A stretch of DNA of 63,984 bases, counting the filler, from Octopus bimaculoides (taxonomy: Eukaryota), in the NCBI RefSeq assembly GCF_001194135.2. It is 6 parts of 6 records of this genome, joined end to end, with 100 filler letters (N's around TTAATTAATTAA, not from the genome) between each part and the next. Parts side by side here need not be neighbours in the genome. Positions count along the whole stretch, not along the records: positions 48,168 to 55,775 come from NC_068998.1; positions 55,876 to 61,149 come from NC_068982.1; positions 61,250 to 62,491 come from NC_069003.1; positions 62,592 to 63,984 come from NC_068988.1; 2 more parts are not named here. One strand, given 5' to 3'. Shown here in pieces: positions 55,445-63,984 of this stretch (position 1 is its first letter; each line of letters starts with the position of its first letter). Made by a program: the position numbers and the translations under genes. The notes under the pieces were generated by a model. The model did no database searches. It saw only the letters and a list, made by a program, of their open reading frames with translations, and was not told the DNA's origin.

Positions 55445-55775
55445 ATGCCACTACGATAGATTGCTTAATAAGGAGAATGAATGGGAGGAAGAGAGCCTGC
55501 CGTATGTCGACCCAATAGAGGGACCAGCTATCCGAGTTGATAGTACCGGGGTAGATAAAGCAATTAAGAGTATGAAGACCGGGAAAGCCCCCGGCCCATC
55601 AGGAATCACTGCAGAGATGCTCAAAATATCTGGCAGTGTTGGCTACAGCCTAGTCACCCGTATTACGAACCAGGTGATACACGAAGGAGTCATACCCAAT
55701 GACTGGTGTAGCAGCATCATAGTCAACTGCTACAAAGGTAAAGGTGACGCTTTAGATACAAATAATTACAGAGGC
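55445..55775 (+). mobile_element. RTE-clade LINE fragment, uninterrupted frame up to the gap (young copy)
   Basis: VDKAIKSMKTGKAPGPSGITAEMLK..VIPNDWCSSIIVNCYKGKGDALDTNNYRG is the start of the non-LTR RT domain (KAPGP.G, YKGKGD...NYRG). Confidence 0.9.
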
Positions 55776-55875
55776 NNNNNNNNNNNNNNNNNNNNNNNNN
55801 NNNNNNNNNNNNNNNNNNNTTAATTAATTAANNNNNNNNNNNNNNNNNNNNNNNNNNNNNNNNNNNNNNNNNNNN

Positions 55876-56116
55876 AAAATCATTTGGAGGAAAAAATATG
55901 AATTCTGAAGACGAGGTCAGAACAGTATCGAGGAGTATATTTCGTCACTGACAAGTGAATTTCGGAAGAGAGGCCTTGTAAGTGTATCAGATATATGGAA
56001 GAACATTGTACAAAATGAAGGAGCTATATTTTACATTAAAAAAATAATTTTGTTTATCTTAATTTTGAAAAATTAAAAGAAGTGTTAAAAAATCGCATTA
56101 TTTATGGCATGATCCA

Positions 56117-56117
<1 letters not shown>
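55876..56117 (+). mobile_element. mariner transposon 3' end with TIR
   Basis: NHLEEKNMNSEDEVRT/EEYISSLTSEFRKRGLVSVSDIWKNIVQNEG; ends CGCATTATTTATGGCATGATCCAA-TA. Confidence 0.8.
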
Positions 56118-56151
<34 letters not shown>

Positions 56152-57149
56152 TGTATGTATGTATGTACGTACGTGTATAATCTGATTCTAGCAGAACGAA
56201 AAAGGGCATCACAAGTAAGAGAACGAGTAAAAGAATATATATAGTATGGATAACGGAACGAGGACAATATGGTCCTGTAGATTTCATAAAGCCTGTAGTT
56301 TGAAACTCCGAGTTCATTACCGAACACAAAACACCTGGAGAGGGCTGCATTGTAAAACGACGCAACTTTGTGACTATAACAGGCTAATTGGAGACATTTG
56401 CCTGAATATATATAAAAGTATATCTATTCTATTTATGGCACAAGGCCAATGGAAATAGTGCTCCACTGGTTTTTATTTTATTAACCCCAAATGAATGAAA
56501 GAATGAAAGCAGCATTTGAACTGAGAAGGAAAAAATCAAAAGAAATGCTGCACATTTCGTCTGACATGATCATGATACTACCAGTTCATCACCTTGTAGA
56601 AGGGTATATCAATGAAAATTTCTCATCTCATAAATTCACATAAAATTTGTATCACATTTACTTCGACTAAAAATACTTAGATGTTCCCTACATATGTTGA
56701 GATGATCTTTCAGATTGCGCTTTTAACGGTGTCAATTTATCAAGTGGTACATTTGAAAAAAATCATTAGAGCGATGTGTTAAATGTCTTCGTGCATCGGA
56801 TTACGTCTATCACTGTTTGTATTCCGAATCCAGCAGCAGTTATCTGTTACGTTTCTGGAAATATAAAATAAGTACAAGCAGCATAAGATGGTCTTTTGCA
56901 TGTCCCGCAACATTTCACTTATGCCCAGATAAAAGAAAACAAAAATTCATTGGCATTAAATGTGAACATTGTAAAGAAAGGAATTTGCTGCGGCTGACTT
57001 GGTGAGAAAACAAATTAGTTTTGACTAGTGATGGAAACGACTATCCTCTATTACCATTTTCGTTTTTATCTTTCTGTATAAATATGCGAAATTGTTTCAA
57101 TGTAACAAATCATACAAGCTTTTATATTATCCTTATCATATAAGATGAT

Positions 57150-57760
57150 GAAATGACAGAATCGTTAGCGCGCCAGACAACATATTTGTTGCATTTCATA
57201 TGTTCTGGATTCAAATTTCGCCAATGTCGACTTTGTCTTTCATCTTTTTGGAAAATGGTCGGGAGTCAATAAAATAAGTACCAGTTGAGCACTGGGGTCG
57301 TTTACTCGACTTCCTGGTCTTGTGCCAAAATTTGAAACCAAAATTATTATTATTATTATAAGGCAGTGAGCATGCAGAATTGTTAGCACGTCGGGCAAAA
57401 CGCTTAGAGACATTTCGTTCGTCTTTACGTTCTTAGTTCAAATTCCGCCAACGTCGACTTTGCTTTTCATTCTTTTAGGGTCGAAAAAAAAAGTACTAGT
57501 TGAGCGCTAGGGTCCATGTAATCGACTAGCCCCCGCCTCCAAAATTTCCGGCCTTGTGCCTATTATAGAGAAGATTATTGTTATCATCATTTAGGTGGTG
57601 ACCTGGACAAAATACATAGCAGCATTTCGTCTGTTTTGACGTTCTGGGGTCGATAAAATAAAGTACCAGTCACACACTGAGGAGTCGATATGATCGACTA
57701 ACTTACCCCACCCTAAAAGGTTGCTGGGATTATGCCGAAAACTGAAAGCATTATATTATC
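57150..57760 (+). mobile_element. Three head-to-tail family A SINEs (57150-57345, 57360-57575, 57590-57750)
   Basis: Repeated GTCGACTTTG..GGGTCGA..AAGTAC.AGT cores separated by (ATT)n-like tails. Confidence 0.8.
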
Positions 57761-60144
57761 ATTACAAATTTTATCATGGGAGAACAAGCGCAATTACCCG
57801 TCGAAATTTTTTTGTCCTTCTCGCTGTTATACAAAGACAAACATTCATTCTTCTTGGTTGATAAATAATTTGCTGTTTAGATGTTTTAGATATGATTAAC
57901 GTACATAGAATTAACAGTCTTGAGTGAAAATTGCACTTATTTGAGGAACTTAAATGTTAGTATGAGGAAGCCAACTTGCAGAATCGTCAGAGTATTGAAG
58001 AAATTGGCTTCCGATATTGGTTCCGGCTGTTTGCTTTCTGAATTCAAATCTCTCTGAAGTCAACTATGCTTTTCATTCTTCAGGAGACGATTAAATAAAG
58101 TATATGGCTCATTTTCCCTTTTTATGTCTTTCTGAAAATAGCCTGCATTGTGTAAAGTACATAGAGAATCGCTCCTTGCCAACCACCTTTACCTGATATA
58201 ACGACTTACACTCTATAGAGTAAAAAAATCTAGCCGCCGAGGTTCTGGCATAGTATGTCACCTAATGACGATACGTTATGGCTACAGCGACATTTAAAAC
58301 TGATTTTTAATAACGATGAAAAAGAAGTTTCTATTTATTTATTTTCATGTTTAGTGGTTTAATCTTACTCTAAGTCATATCGTTATGTGTTCTGTTTACT
58401 TTGTTGTAGGTTTAGAAATTCTTATTAACAGAGGAGAATACTTGACTAATATATGAACCCCCTCAAATAATTATTTCTTCGGAGGGAGAATTGTCTGCTA
58501 TTTTCTGCAAAGCTATGAAAGGCTATATAGCGTCGAACCTCAAAATGCAGTGAAGAAGGTAATTCAAAGTACTTTCATTAGGATTGATATACAACCAGAA
58601 AGTTTTGGCGATCATTGGCTATCGTAGCCATGTTGGTAACTTTGAAAATTAATCGAATGAACAATGAACTGACTGACCAGTTCTACTAAGTGAGAATGAA
58701 AAGGAATAAGATGGAATATTATTTCCACTGAACTAACAAGCAGAAACCTAACCCTTTACACTGGTACACGCTATGATAGAACATGTTTCCAGTTATTTCT
58801 AGTTAGTCAGATTATTAACTTAACTACATTCACAGAATATAAATATTCTGGGTTGCCAATTATTCTTTAACGAGGAAATGATTTATAATGTAGTTAGGAC
58901 TTGAACATATATTCTTATCAGCATCTCTGCGTGACTTCTTGGAACCTTTGCAATAATTTTAAAGCCCTAATTGGAGCCACAGTACATGGTTCCTAACCAA
59001 ATGTTATTAACTCTAAAATTCTAATATGTAAATATTTGTTCGAACATGTAATCTGCTCGATAAACATGTTACCTTCATGAGAAACTGGTATTCTTCCACA
59101 TAAACGTATGACTTACCCAACAAATTATTATCTGTAACAGACAGTATGTGGTCATTTGTAATACACTTGTCGTCTAAACTTGAAATGCACCACCGAACAT
59201 ATATTCAAAATTATTTTCTAATTATGATCTTCAAACCGCCTCTATATGTAGACATATTTTATACACTTGTGTAATTTAATAGCTTTTATACCAATTGTTC
59301 TCTGTTTTTCGACCTCTTCGAGCTACTGAAAGTACTCAAACTTCTAAACTTTTAAGTTAAAAAGATGCTGCTAACAAATACAGCGTTTTGTTAAAACGTT
59401 GCTGACAAATAGTAGTTTCTGGGCATTACAACCAGGTAGATCGTTTCTAATTGCAGGGATTTTAATTTCCGGTACCAGTTTTGCATTATTATTATACAAT
59501 ATTAGAGAAATAGAATTAACTTTTACTGATTATAAAGTATAATTATTTCTCAACCTAACTAAATAACCTTTCATATCCCTTCTCTTGAGGAAGTCTTCTA
59601 CGTTGAAACCCTTTTGCATATTATACAAAATACAACTTAACCTCATATTTATTGTAGATTAATAGAATTGAAAGTAAATGATTGCAGTTAGACTGCAGTT
59701 AATCCTTCCTTTCAATGTATTTATGGAGATTTGATATATGTTATGTTTTATCTTTTATGTAGGGCAGATTCGATGACTGTTAAGATATCAGTTTGTATGC
59801 AAGAACACATTTAGTTAATTTTTACCCCTATATTTCTGTTCAATTATGGTCGGGCCTAACATCACTTTTCACCTCTTTCGGATCAATGTAATAAGCACGA
59901 GTTATATATTCAGTTACAATATTTTCCTGTAGGAATTGATCTTGTCTATTCAAACGAAGTCTCTGTTATGTCATTATATTTAGGTATGTCGAGGTTGACT
60001 TTGCCTTTCATCCTTTTGGGGTCGATAAATTAAATAGAAGTTAAATTCTGGGGTCAATGTAATCGATTAGTCCCCTTCCCCAAAACTTCGGGCCAACGTT
60101 TCGACTGAATAACAATAATAATAATAACACCGGAAAAATACCTT

Positions 60145-60270
60145 AGGAATGAGAACCCAGGTTCGAAATTCATTCAGGACACCTGGCGGAGGCCGGTGAT
60201 TACATCAGCCGAAACGTTGTATTAACAACAAACAAGATGTGAACAAATATCCGTCAAATGTAAATAATGT
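60145..60270 (+). mobile_element. PLE-type terminal repeat with inactivated hammerhead core
   Basis: GACAC-CTGGCGG-A-GGCCG..CAGCC-GAAAC-GTT-GTATT (60178-60223). Stem I GACAC/GTATT, ACGT mini-palindrome and GUU triplet; CUGAUGA has drifted to CUGGCGG. Confidence 0.5.
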
Positions 60271-60394
60271 AAATAATATACACACACACACATATATTGT
60301 TGTATTTGGGGATGGTCATGTTGCCAGTTTAGTCAATGAAAACACTCGCACTATATATTTGTTGTTCACTTGTTTTACCTTTATTTCATATTAA

Positions 60395-60448
60395 TTGTAT
60401 TTCGGCAAGAGTTCTTTTGTCACACTCCTGTGACCTCATCAGTGATCC
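60395..60448 (-). ncRNA. Hammerhead-like core with intact CUGAUGA and GAAA
   Basis: Minus strand CTGATGA (rc 60436-60442), GG[TCA bulge]CAGGAGT-loop-ACTCTTG-CC, GAAA (rc 60400-60403). Stems I and III could not be closed convincingly. Confidence 0.4.
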
Positions 60449-60531
60449 TTTGCATTCTTCTTTCTCTTTTGTGTCTCTCCTTCCTAACAATCTCCCATTG
60501 TGTGTGTGTGTTTGTATCTATATATATATCA

Positions 60532-60607
60532 AATTTAATAAATGGAGTATTACGCATATGTTAAATTAATTCATTTAACATATGCGTAATACTCCATTTA
60601 TTAAATT
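60532..60607. repeat. Perfect inverted repeat, 35-bp arms, 6-nt loop
   Basis: AATTTAATAAATGGAGTATTACGCATATGTTAAAT-taattc-ATTTAACATATGCGTAATACTCCATTTATTAAATT. Confidence 0.97.
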
Positions 60608-60887
60608 CTATATTTACTCAAATACCCCAAATTAACAGGGAGTCTCTACCTCGTAAAGAGGAGTTACACCACAGTCATTTTGTGATCTTTGCTACCCTGG
60701 TATCTATTAACCAATTTGTTTTGTCGGAGTTAATTGTTAACTAAGAGAAGATAAATACATATAATCAGATATATATATATACATATATATAGTTCAAAAA
60801 CACAATAACAAAAAAACAAAAAAACAACAAAGTGAGGACGTGATATGGATAGTATTATTGAACGCTCAGGAAAGGAAAGAGAGAGTG

Positions 60888-60921
60888 TATGACGTTTCGG
60901 GCGTAGCCCTTCGTCGGAAAG
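60888..60921 (-). ncRNA. Minimal hammerhead-like motif in a PLE-type terminal repeat (repeat approx. 60720-61020)
   Basis: Minus strand TTT-CCGACGA-A-GGGC(tac)GCCC-GAAAC-GTC: perfect 4-bp stem II, ACGT mini-palindrome, GUC triplet. Stem I pairing is poor in this copy; U4 is C. Confidence 0.5.
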
Positions 60922-61302
60922 ATGGAAAGTTCGGAGAATGGAAGAACGGAGAAAGAGGAAAATGGTACCGATGCCCACGAGGTTACATGATGAAAAGACC
61001 GGAAGAGGAGGTGGTGGGGGAAAAGTTCTTTCTAAGATAGGAGAGTGAAAAAGGGAGATGAATATCGGTGCGCGTGCGAAAGTCTGCGAGTGTGTGTGTG
61101 ATAACAGAACGTGTGTGTGCGTATGTATGTGTGTGTGTGTGTGTGTGTGNNNNNNNNNNNNNNNNNNNNNNNNNNNNNNNNNNNNNNNNNNNNTTAATTA
61201 ATTAANNNNNNNNNNNNNNNNNNNNNNNNNNNNNNNNNNNNNNNNNNNNGAGGCCTTTCTTCTTTCTGCGGCTGTCTTCAGTTATGGCTTTATTGATCAA
61301 TA

Positions 61303-61359
<57 letters not shown>

Positions 61360-61939
61360 TTTATTAAGGTGGCGAGCTGGTAGAATCTTTGCCACATTGG
61401 AAAACATGCTTAGCATAGCTAGGATGGTCATGATTAGAGCCCTTAGGACATAAGTCCCGATCATTTCTGACCTGGGACTAAAAAATAAGATCAACAGCAG
61501 CAGCAAAACCTACCAGCTATATCAACAAATTCATCGCCGTAAAATTTCTTTTTCCTCTTCATAAGGCTGAGTGGTTAAAAACCTTTCTTTGAAGCCACTT
61601 GGTTTTGGACCAGTGTCTTATACTATAGCCCCGAGCCGCACAATACCTTGTGAATGAATTTAGTTGATGGAAACTGTGTGGAAGCTTGTCGTGTATATAT
61701 ATAAATATATGCACGCGTGTGTGTCAGTGTGTGAGTTTGCGTGTTTTTGTGTGCATCTACCGCTAGTTGACAACCGGTGTTCGTTTCTTTATATCCACCT
61801 TAATTTATTGGTGTTGCGTTTTTTTTTTATATCCCCGTAATGTATTCGCTAGAATAAACATTGTGGTCGATTTACTTGACTAATATCCTCCATACGGTAC
61901 TCTAGCTTGGGTGTGGTGCAAATGCTGAAGCAAGTAATA

Positions 61940-62290
61940 AAAAAATATCCTTGTCGTCATCGTCACCGTTGCTGTCGTCGTGATCATCCTGATCATCATC
62001 ATCGGCATCATAAGCATCATCATCATTATCATCATCATCAGCATCATCATAATCGCCATCATCGCCACCATCATCACCAGGATCATTAACATCATCATTA
62101 CTATGATCATCAACATTCATCATCAGCATCGTCATCATAGTACAGCATCGTTGTTCCCCCACCACCCACCATTTATATGTACCAGCGCAACCAATGCAAT
62201 AGCTATCTCCCCTGCCCTCACCAATATATCCAACACTAGCATCACCCCTAGCAACAACAACAACAGCAGCAGCAATGAAAACTCTTTTAC
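61940..62290. repeat. Degenerate (ATC/GTC/ACC/AAC)n trinucleotide array
   Basis: Seen directly. Confidence 0.9.
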
Positions 62291-62448
62291 TAATCTAGTC
62301 GTTTCTATGACAACAGCGCATCAGCAGATTTCACGGCGATAATAAAGTACAATGGGCGCCATCTTGTATTAGCATTATTGAAGCGCTGTAACAGGTATAA
62401 ATACATAAGCACATATACACAAGTTGCATACATACATCCATACACACG

Positions 62449-62491
<43 letters not shown>

Positions 62492-62591
62492 NNNNNNNNN
62501 NNNNNNNNNNNNNNNNNNNNNNNNNNNNNNNNNNNTTAATTAATTAANNNNNNNNNNNNNNNNNNNNNNNNNNNNNNNNNNNNNNNNNNNN

Positions 62592-62624
<33 letters not shown>

Positions 62625-63229
62625 AAGACAAATCTCTTGAATGCATATTGTTTTAATATTAAAATACAAAATGACATATGCGCATAAAGTTCCCAAGTTG
62701 TTCAGACCATGAAATTATGTAATCCAATTATGTGCTTCAATTGTTGTTTATTGGAATAATAAATGAATTCTTCATTTCGACTGTTTAAATGCTTCATAAA
62801 TCGATAGATACAATGCAATAATACCTTCTGTTTCTGTAATAGCTTAACGCAAATATGGATTCCTATATTTTCTGTCTTATAACTTGCACTTACATGTATC
62901 TGTTTATTAGTGGCACACTGCATGTGTCTGGAAGTATTAGGAGCCGTGTTTGGAAACGATATTTCTCCGTGATTTTCAAATCATACATCACTAAACAATT
63001 GCGTGTTCTAACGCGTCGGAAATATATATTGAAACATTGCATTGCGTATGTCTATTAGTGTATATATATTTTAATATATATAAATATACACATATGCGGT
63101 TGTACATGTATATGTTTGCATATATATATATATAATTATATATATATATAATTATATATATATATATAGCCTTAATTGAATGTGTATAGATATGTGTGTG
63201 AGTGTGTGTATATATATACGTATGTATAC

Positions 63230-63334
<105 letters not shown>

Positions 63335-63984
63335 CAATTTTTACGTATCTATGCACACGTTTATTTATGTTTTATTTCGTGTGTGTTTTTAGTTTTTGTG
63401 TACAAATGCGCAGGTCTCTGTGTGTCCGTTTTGTGTGAGTCAGTGAGTGTGGAGAGAATCTATAAATTTATAGACATATAATGATTTTGAGTGCATTATA
63501 CATGTGGTAATACATCTGTATGCCTTAAAACGCTGTTCGTCATATTTTTGCGATAGGGATATATAACTAGAAAATTAACATTTAATATTGTATATGCCGA
63601 ACTAATGAGGTTTATATTTAATTTTTACCCTAGGTGAAAGCATTTCTGCATTGTGTCAAGTTTATGTATAAATTACCCCCATATCAACACAGAGACTTAC
63701 TTTGAATATTGCATCGATACAAAAGAATTCCCGTGAGAAGCAAGAGGGAGTTTTATCTCCAAAAACTTCTCTCGTGAGGCAAGTAAGCCAACGTATCATA
63801 ATAGCACTGGAAATGATACACGTACTGCTGTTTGGTGTATAAAGTAAGCAGTAGGGATAATATAAAAGGAATATTTATTCCGCTTATTGGGAACACACAG
63901 ACACACACACAAACACACACATACACACACACACAATCACACACACAATCACACACACACACGCACACACACGCACACACACAC

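Overview
This is AT-rich eukaryotic DNA saturated with microsatellites, from a gapped short-read assembly. The SINE families and repeat landscape look like a cephalopod, most likely Octopus (inference from recalled repeat families, not a database hit). I found no complete protein-coding gene, rRNA, tRNA gene or CRISPR array. Almost all long entries in the ORF track are artefacts of (CA)n/(AT)n/trinucleotide arrays or N-runs. The window is mainly a graveyard of mobile elements: a near full-length Chapaev3-like DNA transposon with TIRs (9765-12177), two RTE LINE fragments, two Penelope-like (PLE) RT/GIY-YIG fragments, an R4/Dong-like RLE retrotransposon fragment, Tc1 and mariner fragments, a TA-flanked MITE and about 20 tRNA-derived SINE copies. 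One stretch (46709-46954, minus) looks like a real internal exon of an unidentified gene. The most notable signals are: (i) five hammerhead-ribozyme-like cores (plus one isolated 3' half) of several designs in PLE-type terminal repeats, three clustered within about 750 bp around a perfect 35-bp-arm hairpin; (ii) a ~104-bp insertion in the Chapaev transposase apparently copied from sequence 2 kb away; (iii) a CpG-depleted block bounded by two artificial 100-bp scaffold spacers (44N-TTAATTAATTAA-44N). I cannot support a wholly new biological system. The ribozyme-like cluster is the best lead, but it most likely belongs to the known PLE-hammerhead association.
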